Source of the DNA: Eledone cirrhosa
Taxonomy: Eukaryota
Direction of reading: 5' to 3'
Assembly (NCBI GenBank): GCA_964016885.1
Contig: OZ024748.1
Location: 30,504,001-30,568,000 of the forward strand
DNA: 64,000 nucleotides
The notes under the pieces were generated by a model. That model saw only the letters and a program-made list of their open reading frames with translations, ran no database searches and had not been told where the DNA came from. This document shows, piece by piece, positions 25,154-40,004 of this stretch. The number at the start of each line of letters is the position of its first letter. Position 1 is the first letter of the stretch. Both the position numbers and the translations under genes were made by a program.

Positions 25154-25298
25154 TATTTCTGAAGACGGCGTATATATGAGTTAGGTATGTATATTTAATC
25201 TTGATAATTTGTATAATTTTGTATAATTTTGTACATAGATCTGTTAAATATGCATACCAATTATAACACATATATACCCTAGAAACGATCGTTAAATA
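25154..25298 (+). ncRNA. hammerhead ribozyme in Naiad pLTR (family E)
   Basis: Mirror of 16717-16861, with a long stem II and a palindromic ACGATCGT stem III. Confidence 0.7.
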
Positions 25299-25518
25299 GT
25301 GAACTTTTTTTGTTTAATATAAGGAATTGTTTGTTCATTATTTGTTTAATATTTTATCTTGACTCTGTATACCGTTTATCTTTCACCGAAAGTGGATTTT
25401 CATTACATCTCTTCTTTCCATGATATCCGGAATACATTGAGTTCTTCATACGGATTGGACACTACCGTAAACTCTTGGTAGATTTATCTACATATATATA
25501 TATATATATATATATATA

Positions 25519-25554
<36 letters not shown>

Positions 25555-25569
25555 TATATATATATATAG

Positions 25570-25600
<31 letters not shown>

Positions 25601-25615
25601 TATATATATATATAG

Positions 25616-25646
<31 letters not shown>

Positions 25647-25661
25647 TATATATATATATAG

Positions 25662-25721
<60 letters not shown>

Positions 25722-25735
25722 TATATATATATATA

Positions 25736-25789
<54 letters not shown>

Positions 25790-25895
25790 TATATATATAT
25801 ATATAGTATATATATATATAGTATATATATATATATATATAGTATATATATATATAGTATATATATATATAGTATATATATATATATATATATAG

Positions 25896-25926
<31 letters not shown>

Positions 25927-25936
25927 TATATATATA

Positions 25937-25988
<52 letters not shown>

Positions 25989-26029
25989 TATATATATATA
26001 TATATAGTATATATATAGTATATATATAT

Positions 26030-26235
26030 ACATTAGGGCTCTGAACATTAATCAGTATACACTGAGGATGAAAAACTCAGAGCTGTATGGGAGCATCCCA
26101 AAAGTCAGCTCAAAAGTGACACAGAGGAGACTGAGGTTGGCTCTACATGCTCACCGACATCCAGAGTTGACATTGCACTCAGTGCTCCTTTGGGAACCCC
26201 TACATGGACACACTAGAAGAGGAAGACCAAGGTTA

Positions 26236-26236
<1 letters not shown>
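26030..26236 (+). mobile_element. LINE RT C-terminal fragment
   Basis: LRALNI...ELYG..PKVS...RRLRLA.H..RHPE...VLLWEP.HG...RGRP. Confidence 0.7.
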
Positions 26237-26308
<72 letters not shown>

Positions 26309-26486
26309 ACATAAACAGAGAAAGCCTTAAGCGATACTCCGACCAACTCCATCTCATTCAACAAACATTAGGATATACTTCAGTATTAACCCAATTTAGT
26401 GTTTGGGGTGCTAACTAATCAGTATTTCGTGGATAGTTGGTTGTATTATTTTATATGAGACATTATCAAATAAATATCTCTTTCCT

Positions 26487-26610
26487 TCCAGACGGCTGTT
26501 TCGTTATAAGATTTCTACAATTTGGGATAAATAATTTCCAGGTTATGTAGAAACTTGTATATAATCAGTAGTTTTATACACAAGCGGGCTCTTATAAACT
26601 CATCAGTGGA
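26487..26610 (-). ncRNA. type I hammerhead ribozyme (family F) with enlarged stem II
   Basis: tcca CTGATGA gtttataaga...tcttataac GAAAC agcc GTC tgga. Confidence 0.7.
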
Positions 26611-26860
26611 TGCCCAAGTTAATATCGATATAAGAATTATATTGACATTAATAGAATGGTGATGGTCTCCCTCAGCGCTAAGAAGAAACTGGTAGATTAG
26701 AATCCAGCAGTTCTCCCAAAGAAAAATTACACGCTGTCCCCAAAAGGGTAAAGGGAGGTCTTCTTAAAATAAAAAAATATACACGCTGGTCAATTAAACC
26801 TGTTAGGTATTAACCACGTGTATAAGAACTCAATTGGAAATTTAAAAGAATAATCATATG

Positions 26861-26903
<43 letters not shown>

Positions 26904-27133
26904 TTCAAAATATTAACAAAATAGACATTCTTGTGATCAAGTATATCTTATTATACATACCTCAGAGGCACCGAGTTAACCTCAACAGCACGTCCTCATC
27001 AGATAAAATAAGATGATGCATGACATGGAAAACCAAATACTGTTGAGTGCTTCCAATCTATTGTAAAACTCATTCTTTGATTTATTCATTGAACCTTGTT
27101 TAACTTTTAAATATATATATATATATATATATA

Positions 27134-27403
27134 TAAACAAGAAAGCCTGTTTCATTTGTACATCCTTATTTATTTTGTTATACGTATTTCAAAGACGTAA
27201 GGCAGTTGTTTAACTGCCCTACATGTTCTCTTCAGTTCAAAAATCTAAACGAGATGGAACTTTACATTGTTTGGATTTTTGTCTGAAGAGAACACGTAGG
27301 ACAGTTGTTATACAACTGTCTTACGTTTTTTAAATACGTATAACAAAATTACGTATAACACAAAATAAATAGGGATGTACAAATGAAACCGTCTTTCTTA
27401 TTT
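27134..27403. mobile_element. diverged fold-back element carrying two inverted hammerheads (family G; 27173-27243 minus, 27277-27348 plus with degenerate GAAA)
   Basis: Minus copy: CTGAAGA gaacatgtagggcagtt..aactgccttacgtcttt GAAA tacgta TA acaaaa. The plus copy reads TAAA instead of GAAA. Confidence 0.6.
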
Positions 27404-27548
27404 ACTATTATAATTGTTTCTACTTTTGGCACAAGTATAATAAAAATCCAGATGAACAAACATCGTGGATTGCTTTACAGCTGTAAGAAAATGTGGGTAG
27501 ATCTTCAATCAACTTTCTTCAATTGAATATATATATATATATATATAT

Positions 27549-28163
27549 AAGTTTTAATATAGATGAGATTCTACAGGACTAGAACTGTTTCATTCTTTAG
27601 AAATCATCAGGAATCTGGGTATCAAAAAATAAGTATGGTATTTATAGGTCTCTACAAGTGGTAGGAGAGGGTGGGGAGTGGGATGGGTGTAGGTCATTGG
27701 TTGATAGAAAAGGGAATTCATTAAAAGCTAATTCTACAAAGCTATAGTTTATTTTTATTTATTTTTATTTTTAGAGTAACAAAGGCAGACAGAATTCTAT
27801 AAACAGGTTCAGGATGGCAAGCCATTCTTTGTAATTAAGTTTCTCTTAAGCTAACAGGTGTCTATAAGATCAGTGGGGGTTCAGTCATGGTAGATAGATT
27901 TAAAGGAAAGGGAGATTCTTTAAAAGCTAAATTCATTAAGGTTCTACTAAGTGACAACGGTTTAGAGAATTGTGTAGACAAATTCAGAATATTCAGTGCA
28001 TATCTTACAATTATCCTCAAATTTCTCATAAACTATTCAACTATATGCCAAAAATCAACAGACACATTCACAAAACACACTCACTCACACACTCGCGCGC
28101 AACCATAAACACACATACACATACACATATACACACATAAAAACACACACACACATATAAATA

Positions 28164-28211
<48 letters not shown>

Positions 28212-28248
28212 TACATATACACACACACATACATACACACATATATAC

Positions 28249-28343
<95 letters not shown>

Positions 28344-28348
28344 AAAAA

Positions 28349-28389
<41 letters not shown>

Positions 28390-28562
28390 TATATACATAT
28401 ATATATATATATGCACACACACACACACACACACATATACACATATATAAAGAAAAATTGAACGGGAACAAAACAGAACATATATATATACACACACACA
28501 TACACCATACATACATATATTTATATATATATATAGAGAGATACACCATTCATACATATATT

Positions 28563-28596
<34 letters not shown>

Positions 28597-28650
28597 CACA
28601 TACATACACATACAAATACATATATACATATATATATATACATACATACA
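27549..28650 (-). repeat. left arm of a ~1.1-kb inverted repeat (PLE pLTR-like end + microsatellite); partner at ~38930-40004
   Basis: The reverse complement matches ~38930-40004, including the mirrored ORF-track peptides MVDRFKGKG... Confidence 0.85.
27566..27616 (-). ncRNA. type I hammerhead ribozyme (family H)
   Basis: agattc CTGATGA tttctaaagaat GAAA cag-ttctagtc-ctg TA gaatct. Confidence 0.8.
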
Positions 28651-28885
28651 CACACACATACATACACATACATATACACACACACATACATATATATAAA
28701 TATATATATATATATATACACATATATATATTTATATACATATATATACATATATATACACACATACATACACACACATATACATACACATACATATACA
28801 CACACACATACATATATATAAATATATATATATACACACACACACATACACACACATATAAATACATACATACACATACACATAT

Positions 28886-28969
<84 letters not shown>

Positions 28970-28982
28970 ATACGTACACACA

Positions 28983-29027
<45 letters not shown>

Positions 29028-29084
29028 TATTAAAAAAATAATGAATAAACAAAGAAACAGTTCCTTATATTAAACAAAAAAAGT

Positions 29085-29226
29085 TCATTATTTTACGATC
29101 GTTTCTAGGATATATATGTGTTAGAATTGGTATGCATATTCTATAGATCTATGTACAATATTTATACAAACTATCAGAGGGAATATACATACCTTCACAT
29201 ATATATGCTGTCTTCAGAAATAATGA
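29085..29226 (-). ncRNA. hammerhead ribozyme in downstream pLTR (family E)
   Basis: tcattattt CTGAAGA cagcatatatatgtg...cacatatatatccta GAAAC gatc GTA aaataatga; 9-bp stem I. Confidence 0.8.
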
Positions 29227-29940
29227 TACTTGTTTATTGATAAGAACAAAGATTCAATACAATAGGTCTGTTTGGGAACAGGTTTTGAATTGACCAATCA
29301 GGAGATAGTGAGGGTCAAGATAGATAGCATTAGGAGAACCTTAAATTATGGGTAGGGGAAGTAGATTTCAGTTTTGGAAGGAAAAGAGTATTATGAATGA
29401 AGGATTACTTTAGGGAAGAAGTAGGTCATATGTTGACCTCAGAAATAATTTTAATTGTTCATTGAATAAAACCAACAAAGATCCAATATAATAATGGATT
29501 ACTTTAGGGAAGAAGTAGGTCATATGTTGACCTCAGATATAAATTTATTTGTTCATTGACTAAAACCAACAAAGATCAAATATATTCTGTCTGTTAATAT
29601 TTGGCCAAATGGTAAAATAGTAGTAATTGAAACTTATTTTAGGGGTGAAATTAGGTCAGGTGGTCAGTAGAAGGTATACAAGCAGTTGCTGTTATAAAAT
29701 AGTGATGCCAATACAAATATCTAGGGTGACCAGAGTTTTAAGATAAGGATGTTAGTGAAAAAAAATACATCTATGAAAAGGATATAAAATTAATTTAATT
29801 GATGGGTACATATATATATATATATTTTTTTTTTGATAAAATTATACTAATACATATAGATGTGATAAATAAGAGTTAGATGCAGTTTAAAAGTGCTGTT
29901 AAGGATGAGGGGAGATTAAAAGAATATAAAAATATAAAAA

Positions 29941-30023
<83 letters not shown>

Positions 30024-30454
30024 CATATATATACCTAGATATATATACACATACATACACACACACATACACACATATATATATATATATATATACACAT
30101 ACACACACAAACATATACCCATACATATATATACACATATATATATACGCATATACACATGTACATATACATACACACACACACACACACAGACATACAT
30201 ATATATACATACACACATATACACTCACACACATATACACACATATATATATATATATATCTACACATACATATATATGTATTTTTACACTCTCATACAT
30301 ACACACATACATACATACACACTTATATATACACACACATCCACGCTTACATATACATATAATTATTGGGGGGGGGATTAAATTTATTAGTGGGAAATAG
30401 TAAATATATATAGGTTTCAAGGAACATAGAGTCATAACCTGAAGTTAAAGCTTT

Positions 30455-31612
30455 ATATATGTTTACTTAATGGTATCAGTTTTAGGAAATGATATTTGTA
30501 AGAAGGAAAGCCAAATTATGTAGTTCATCATTAGTAGAATATTAATTATAGGTTAACTAAAATAAAAATAGTTTATATATTAATTTCTAAGGTGTATAAT
30601 AATTAGGTTTATAATATTTAAAGCGGAATTATGTAGTTCATCAGTAGTAGAATATTAATTATAGCTTAACTAAATTAAAAATAATTACATATGTTTACTT
30701 AATGGTATCAGTTTTAGGAAATGATATTTGTAAGAAGGAAAGCCAAATTATGTAGTTCATCGGTAGTAGAATATTAATTATAGGTTAACTAAATTAAAAA
30801 TAGTTTATATATTAATTTCTATAGTGTATATTAATTAGGTTTATAATATTTAAAGCAGAATTTTGTATTTCATCTGTAGTAGAATTTTAATTATAGGTTA
30901 ACTAAATTAAAATTAATCTATATATTAATTTCTAAAGTGTATATTAATTAGATTTATATTTAAATGTTTTTCTCAGTTTATGATTACACGATATTTTGTA
31001 TTTCATCTGTAGTAGAATTTTAATTATAGGTTAACTAAATTAAAATTATAGGTTAACTAAATTAAAATTAATCTATATATTAATTTCTAAAGTGTATATT
31101 AATTAGGTTTATAATATTTAAATGTTTTTCTCAGTTTATGATGATTACACGATATTTTGTATTTCATCTGTAGTAGAATTTTAATTATAGGTTAACTAAA
31201 TTAAAATTATAGGTTAACTAAGTTAAAATTAATCTATATATTAATTTCTAAAGTGTATATTAATTAGGTTTATAATATTTAAATGTTTTTCTCAGTTTAT
31301 GATTACACGATATTTTGTTGTATTTCATCTGTAGTAGAATTTTAATTATAGGTTAACTAAATTAAAATTAATCTATATATTAATTTCTAAAGTGTATATT
31401 AATTAGGTTTATAATATTTAAATGTTTTTCTCAGTTTATGATTACACGATATTTTGTATTTCATCTGTAGTAGAATTTTAATTATAGGTTAACTAAATTA
31501 AAATTATAGGTTAACTAAATTAAAATTAATCTATATATTAATTTCTAAAGTGTATATTAATTAGGTTTATAATATTTAAATGTTTTTCTCAGTTTATGAT
31601 TACACGATATTA
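30455..31612 (-). repeat. AT-rich minisatellite (~120-160-bp units) built partly from the last codons of the Naiad ORF
   Basis: TTAATTAGGTTTATAATATTTAAATGTTTTTCTCAGTTTATGATTACACGATATT (the ORF end) recurs at ~31557, 31398, 31259, 31098 and 30945. Confidence 0.8.
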
Positions 31613-34010
31613 TTAATTCTTGTCGCTTATTTAATAGGATATCCTTAGATTTCATTATTTCGAAAAGTTCTTGGGAACACAATCTACATTCATTTCTACT
31701 ATTTTGATAAGGGGTGGCTCTTTTGAGCACACTCCAGGTCATGTCATATTCTATATTCCTCTTTCTATAACTATTAATTTTTTCTTCTAAAGATGTTGTA
31801 TTAGCTAGTGCGGCATTTTTAAAACTATGTTTGTGGGTATTAAATCTTACCATAAAATTGTTAGAGGTAGCTCCTATATATGAACAAATAGAGTCCTTAG
31901 TGTTAACTTTACATTTATATATTATGTTATTAACAAGGCAATTTCCTTTTAATGGACAGTTTGCCTTGTTTCTACAGTTACAACTTTTCGTGAATCCTGT
32001 ATTTGAGGAGATATTATGGCTAGTTTGATGTACTGGTGGTATACTTATGGTTTTTTTTACATTTATATGCATTATAGGCACTTATATTTTGTTTTATGTT
32101 TTTGGTTGTTGAGTAGGAGAATTTAATTGTTGATCTATTTAAGATTTGATGGTATTTGTGGTTTGGCGGGAAGTTTTTCTCTAGGATATTAAAGAATTTT
32201 TTAGGTATATTATCCTTAACTTGTAAATTAAATGGAGCATTATACCAAGTAACTCGTCTATTACGGTTTCTATGTTGTTTATTGTTTTTATAGGATGCAT
32301 CCTGATGTTTACTAGGATAATTATTGTTAATGACCTCTCCACACACATTTTTAGTTAGATTTATTGATTTAGGTGTTTTAGCTTGTTTATTGGGAGTTTT
32401 ATTATTAACATTTATTAGAGTTGTAGGATGAGTAGCTTTTTGAGAGTTACTATACTGTATATTAGAGGAGTTAGAGAAATTTGGTTTTATGTTGGTATTT
32501 TGGGGTATAGTGTGAGTGGCATTTAGGTGTGTACGTTTCATTTGGTGTTTGTTGGTAATATTAGGTTGTATGTTTGTAGTGTTATTGGTAGAAGGTATAT
32601 ATTCTAATCTATTTTTGTGGCCACTTCTAGCTAGAGCTTCGTTATAAAAGGTCGCATTTTTATCAAATACATCTTGGTTAGACGAAAGGTTAGAAATTCT
32701 AAGTGATATATTATATGCAAGGTTTTTAAGGATAGATTTAGGGTGATTAGATTGTGAGTGTATGTAGTGTAAATTTTGGTTGGGTTTATGGTAAGGTTGG
32801 TAGATACCCGTAGATAAGTCTAATGTTATATCTAGGAAATTAACTACTTTACTTGTGTTTTCAAATGTAATATCTAGACTATAATAGTCTTTAAGGAAAG
32901 TTCTAATAAGCTTTTTGTTTTTTCTATCTCTGAGAGGCTAAGGTTATTGGAAAGAAGAAGACAGTCGTCACGATATAAACCACCTTTAAGGTGGGGAAAG
33001 GAAGCATTTATGTTAAAAAGAAGAAAGAGGCCCACAAGATCAGAAATTTGGGCAGAATCGCTTGAGCCCATAGTAATATCAAATAGATTACTATATGTGT
33101 TTCTGGTCCAGTATTCATTCTGAAATTCCAGTAGTGTTAGTCTAGCATGTGTAATAATGTTAATGTCATCCAAAGTTAAGTTAGATCTATTTTTAGCAAA
33201 TATCAAGGCTTTGTTCAGGAGTATAGGTGATATAGAAGAATAGTAATTATCTATATCAAATTGTAGAAATGAAGCAGAGGATTTATATCTAATATTATTA
33301 AACCAGTTAATTACCTGGGATGTGTTTTCCCAGAGTGGTAAATTAACATGTTTTCTTATTTGTGGGATGACTCTATCTAAAAAATTTTTACTAATTATTC
33401 CAATATCAGATTTGGAAGGGCATATAAGTCTTATAGAAGGATTAGAGTTAAAGTTTGATTTATGATCTTTCAGGTTGAAGTGTGGTCTTTTCAATGCCAA
33501 AGGTTCAGTTCTATCTTCAATATTAAGTCTATTCACTATGCTGTGTGTTTTGTTGTTGATGTTGGTAAGTGACGCATTATTTGTTTTTCTATAATTTTTC
33601 CTGAGTTCTTTATATATGAACTCATTGTAATTTTCAATATCCATGTGATATAGGTTTCCAGTTTTGTCCGAGTGGACATGGATTTTTTTAGATTTTTTTA
33701 GGTCCAATAGGGTAGAATCAAGGTCCTTTTGAAAGTTAGATTTATACCTCTTAAATTTGAGGTGTTTGATTAAATTAAAAAGGTCTTTCTCAAAGTTTTC
33801 AAGTAGAGAGTTGTGTGGTGGATTTTTATATGTAGTGAAATCATACAGATATTTCCTATCTGTACATTTTGATTTTTTATCGAAGTGGTAGGCCCTCCAT
33901 CTGACTCTTCTGATAAATTGGTTGGTTTTTTGTATCATAAGAAGTAAGAAATCATCCTTAGAAGGTATTGGTATATTCTTTAAAGAAGTTCCCAAGTATT
34001 GTTTTTCCAT
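31557..34010 (-). CDS. Naiad PLE polyprotein, RT + GIY-YIG endonuclease (~817 aa once two compensating homopolymer frameshifts at ~32920 and ~32055 are corrected)
   Basis: SLKNIPIP, RRVRWRA, SDKTGN, LKDHK, RLICP, FDIDNYY, TMGSSDSAQISDLVG, GGLYRDDCL, CNCRNKANCPL, NIIY..YIG and CRLC. Comparison with the paralog at 19458-20876 places both shifts in A-runs. Confidence 0.88.
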
Positions 34011-34354
34011 TGTGATATGGATAATGGACAAGAAAAAGAGCTCAACTATTTGTATATGGAGTTATAAAGCCATACATATATATGTATATATATATAAATT
34101 TACATACACATACAATACAAAAATAAGAATATCTCCGTGAAAATAGGAGCAAAGAATGTAGATAAATCTACCAAAAGTTTACGGTAGTGTCCAATCCGTA
34201 TGAAGAACTCAATGTAATCCGGATATCATGAAAAGAGAAGATGCATTCAAAAACTACTTTCGGTGAAAAATAAACGGAAAACAGAGTCAAGATAAATTAT
34301 TAAAAAAATAATGAATAAACAAAGAAACAGTTCCTTATATTAAACAAAAAAAGT

Positions 34355-34496
34355 TCATTATTTTACGATCGTTTCTAGGATATATATGTGTTAGAATTGG
34401 TATACATATTCTATAGATCTATGTACAATATTTATACAAACTATCAGAGGGAATATACATACCTTCACATATATATGCTGTCTTCAGAAATAATGA
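34355..34496 (-). ncRNA. hammerhead ribozyme in upstream pLTR (family E)
   Basis: Near-identical to 29085-29226, located 5270 bp away. Confidence 0.8.
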
Positions 34497-34679
34497 TACT
34501 TGTTTATTGATAAGAACAAAGATTCAATACAATAGGTCTGTTTGGGAACAGGTTTTGAATTGACCAATCAGGAGATAGTGAGGGACACTACCGTAAACTT
34601 TTGGTAGATTTATCTACATATATATATATATATATACAAACACACACACATATATATATATACATACACATACACACAA

Positions 34680-34714
<35 letters not shown>

Positions 34715-34737
34715 TATACATATATATACACATATAT

Positions 34738-34813
<76 letters not shown>

Positions 34814-34882
34814 ATACACATATACATACATACATATACATACACACATATATAAACATATATACTTATACATATACATACA

Positions 34883-34934
<52 letters not shown>

Positions 34935-35532
34935 CATACACAGACATACACATATATATATACGCATATATACATACATATATACGCACATATACACACA
35001 TATATATACATATATATACACGCATACACACATACACACACACATATATATACACACACACACACACACATATACATATATATATACATATATATACATA
35101 TACATACATATATATATACATATATATATACATATATACATACACATACATATATATATATATATATACACACACATACATACATACATATACATACATA
35201 TACGCACACACACACACATCCACACATATACACACATATATACATATATATACACACATATATACATATAACTACATAAATAAACACATATACACACATA
35301 TATATATACATACACATACATATACACACATACACACAAATATATACACATACAAATAAATAAGTACTCAATAAATATACGCATATACGCAGGCACATAA
35401 AAACACCTCTACAGGCAGAAAATGTAGATAGGTAAGAGGTACTCACATAACCATAGTGGCCGTATTTCAGGTTGAGGAGGGGTGGGGGTAGGGTGGGAAG
35501 GAGGTATAGGGGCCAATAGGAGGAGGTCGTTT

Positions 35533-36142
35533 TTAGCCATCGGGTTTTAACACTGGCTTAAAGTGTTTGAAAGTTGCAAAGTTCTTGTGCATGCAGTTCG
35601 GGCAGTGTTCAGAGAGTTTGTTCAGTAGCGGGCCCTTGGCGAATAAAATTTCGTAGCTCTCTGAAATACAAAGGTCGCAGCCCTTGTGTCCTCCGTTGTA
35701 AGAGCGCGCTTTCTGGAGTATTTTCCATTTAAGCGTGAAGGGGGTGGAGTTCCTTTTGAGGTCCCAAACGTAGGAGGCGAGTGTTGTCTGGTTTGATTTG
35801 TCCGGTCTTCTGAAGGAGTGGGTATGGGCATACCAATGGGTCTTAAAGTTGTTGGAGGTCATGCCGATGTAAGTTTTTTTGCAATCATCGGTGCCTGAGA
35901 TGACATCGCATTTGTATACGATATCATTTGTGAGGCATTTGTTTTCAAGTGGGCATGCTTCCTTATTTAGGCAATTACACAGAGCCCCAGTCCGGGGATT
36001 GGGTTCGGAGGTGGTTGGCTTATTTAATTTTTTAGAATTGTGGTTGGCTATATTCCTAGCTAGGTTAGGTGTGGTGGAGTAGGAGAGTCTTATTGTGTTC
36101 TTATTAAAGATGGTGTGGTACCTATGTTGTATGGGGAAGTGT
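35533..36142 (-). mobile_element. second Naiad-type PLE family, 3' fragment encoding the GIY-YIG endonuclease
   Basis: Open frame [26 protein letters not shown]...[46 protein letters not shown]. The 5' end is truncated in a microsatellite. Confidence 0.85.
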
Positions 36143-36240
36143 AATATATATATGTATGTATGTATGTATATGTGTATGTATGTGTGTATATATATATATA
36201 TATGTGTATATATGTGTATATATGTGTATATATATGTATA

Positions 36241-36287
<47 letters not shown>

Positions 36288-36324
36288 GTGTATGTGTATG
36301 TATATATATACATGTGTGTGTGTT

Positions 36325-36420
<96 letters not shown>

Positions 36421-36488
36421 CGTAAAATAAGAAAATCTTTTTCAAAAAACTTTAAAAAAAAAATTTTTACTTACTTACTTAAATTTTC

Positions 36489-36570
36489 ACTCCAACTAAT
36501 TAGTTTCTGCAATGGGATAAAGACAGTTACGTAATCTAACTGTCGAGAATTCATTGCGTCATCAGGGAGT
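36489..36570 (-). ncRNA. type I hammerhead ribozyme (family I)
   Basis: actcc CTGATGA cgcaatg...cattgca GAAAC taatta GTT ggagt; palindromic stem III. Confidence 0.8.
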
Positions 36571-37051
36571 CTATTCTCAGCTAAGTCTCCAGGCAATGCG
36601 CGGACACTGGCGGCTCATATAAAAATAATAATAATTCGGTAGATAGAACAGCTGGCGAGGACTGAATTCTATGTACTGAAATCCTCACTGCTTCTAGTCA
36701 AATGGCCGATTCTAAAGAATCAATCACGTGACACAGAGGCTAGTCAGAAGGAATGGGATGGTAAGATGACTGACGCCTACTAACACCCCCAAAAAAAAAT
36801 TTTTTTAGAAGTGGTTTTGGCAGGTTTGCTCGACAAATCAGTGATTTGGAGATAAATATAGATAATTTAATATATCAACTAACATAAGCGCACAGATGCA
36901 CGCCTATGCCAGCAAATACACAGGTTATGTCATAGTACCTAGGTGGTTCAATGCAGGAGGATGCAGAACAATAATATAAAAGACGTAAAATAAGAAAATC
37001 TTTTTCAAAAAATTAAAAAAAAAAATTTTTTACTTACTTACTTAAATTTTC

Positions 37052-37133
37052 ACTCCAACTAATTAGTTTCTGCAATGGGATAAAGACAGTTACGTAATCT
37101 AACTGTCGAGAATTCATTGCGTCATCAGGGAGT
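37052..37133 (-). ncRNA. type I hammerhead ribozyme (family I, second copy)
   Basis: Identical core 563 bp away. Confidence 0.8.
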
Positions 37134-37501
37134 CTATTCTCAGCTAAGTCTCCAGGCAATGCGCGGACACTGGCGGCTCATATAAAAATAATAATAATTC
37201 GGTAGATAGAACAGCTGGCGAGGACTGAATTCTATGTACTGAAATCCTCACTGCTTCTAGTCAAATGGCTGATTCTAAAGAATCAATCACGTGACACAGA
37301 GGCTAGTCAGAAGGAATGGGATGGTAAGATGACTGACGCCTACTAACACCCCAAAAAAAACATTTTTTTAGAAGTGGTTTTATTTAAAATTGTTGGGTTA
37401 CACCGAGTAAATATTTTATAACTGATATAAAAGCACTCAACAAATTTTGGAGTAGGTTTACGATATTAAACAAATGGAAACTATATTTATAAAACCATAT
37501 T

Positions 37502-37567
37502 TATTTCATTATATATATTTCAGGGATATCATATTAAAAATATGGTATGCCTTCCTCAGACAAAATA
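37502..37567 (-). ncRNA. type I hammerhead ribozyme (family A variant)
   Basis: tattttgt CTGAGGA aggcataccatatt-ttt-aatatgatatccct GAAA tatata TA atgaaata. Stem II sequence differs from the other family A copies but still pairs. Confidence 0.75.
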
Positions 37568-37949
37568 CAATATATAAACCGTTTTATAAATAAATTTGAC
37601 ATACCTTAAACAGTGCAACTTCCATTTAAAAAGTTGATTTGGTAGTGAAAATGTTAAGGACAGTTAGAAAGAAAGACGAAGAGAAAAAAAGAAGAGAAGA
37701 AGAAAGAAAGTGTATAGTGCTAAGGACAGTTAGAGAAGAAGTTGAAGAGATGTATGTAAAGAAAAACAACAGAGCGAGATAGAGAGAGAAAGAGATATGA
37801 GAGAGAGAAATATATTGAGGAAGTGAAAAATGATAGGCAGCTTGGGGACAGATGATCAGCGTACAAATGAGAGATTAAGGAGGGAAGGGGTACTGTAATT
37901 ATTTATTTATTTATTTATTTATTTAGTTATAGTGTTAAGGATACGGAGA

Positions 37950-38082
37950 GAAATAAAAATAAAAATAAAAATAAAAATAAAAATAAAAATAAAAATAAAA
38001 ATAAAAATAAAAATAAAAATAAAAATAAAAATAAAAATAAAAATAAAAATAAAAATAAAAATAAAAATAAAATTAAAAATAA
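37950..38082. repeat. (AAAAAT)n hexanucleotide microsatellite
   Basis: Directly visible. Confidence 0.95.
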
Positions 38083-38871
38083 AGAGAGGTAGAGAGAGAT
38101 ATAGGTGGTGGGAGAAAAGAGGTAGATCGAGTAATATCTATCATACGAGGTGGGAGAGATACAGTTAAAACAGCCGATACATAAATCCCGTCAAGTGTAG
38201 AGGAGAAAAAGAAAGAAAGATGATATATTTAAAATATTATGTTTCATCCATTTGAATTATCAATTCATATGAATTAGGTATTATAATGTAAATATCAATA
38301 TTCATGAATGAGACACATATCAATAATGTGTGAAAAAATGAAAAAAATAATGACCCCATGTTTAGTTTAAAAATTCTTAGGTTTATAAGCAAAATCTGAG
38401 ATAAAACTTCAAAAATACTGAAATACATAAGTATATATGTATTTTCATGAACAAAGAAAAAGAGAAAAGAGAAGGTTATCTCAAATTCAAGTTGACAATT
38501 ATAGACACACATGTGAATTTACATGATCGGCTCTGTAAATTTATATTTTTCATGAAAAGCTTCATTGCGTTACAAAAGATTCCACCATACATATATGTAC
38601 ATATATATATAGACATAAAATATACATATGTGTGTGTGTATATATATATATATATTTATATATATGTATGTGTGTGTATGTGTGTGTGTATATGTATGTG
38701 TATGTATGTGTGTATGTATGTGTGTATATATATGTAAGTTAGATCGCAGATATATATATATAAAAGACAGCGAGAAGCGAAAACCAACCAAACAGTGAGT
38801 GTGTTCTGTTATTAATTCTGGCAATATTACGCAAATATGACCCTCCCCAAATATAACAATATAAATATATG

Positions 38872-40004
<1,133 letters not shown>

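Larger units (their letters stand above)
29022..34620 (-). mobile_element. full-length Penelope-like element (Naiad type) with direct pseudo-LTRs
   Basis: 293-bp direct repeats at 29022-29314 and 34292-34584 (one difference seen), each with an HHR. A short inverted tail at 34585-34620 copies ~34157-34192. The ORF runs 34010-31557. Confidence 0.92.
36411..37381 (-). mobile_element. tandem non-coding hammerhead-bearing repeat, 563-bp unit + ~407-bp second copy
   Basis: 36411-36818 is repeated at 36974-37381, and each copy contains an HHR. Confidence 0.85.

Noticed and set aside
26947-27010. Additional hammerhead (CTGATGA...GAGG tatgta TA)
   Set aside because: The GAAA core is mutated, so it is counted only as a decayed copy. 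The same applies to ~63356-63448 (TTGAGGA).
30455-31612. CRISPR-like repeat array
   Set aside because: The context is eukaryotic, there are no unique spacers or cas genes, and the repeat derives from the PLE ORF end.
19458-36142. Possible selenoprotein Naiad (in-frame UGA + SECIS is reported for some Naiads)
   Set aside because: No in-frame TGA was seen in any of the three PLE coding segments; the Cys motifs use TGT/TGC.
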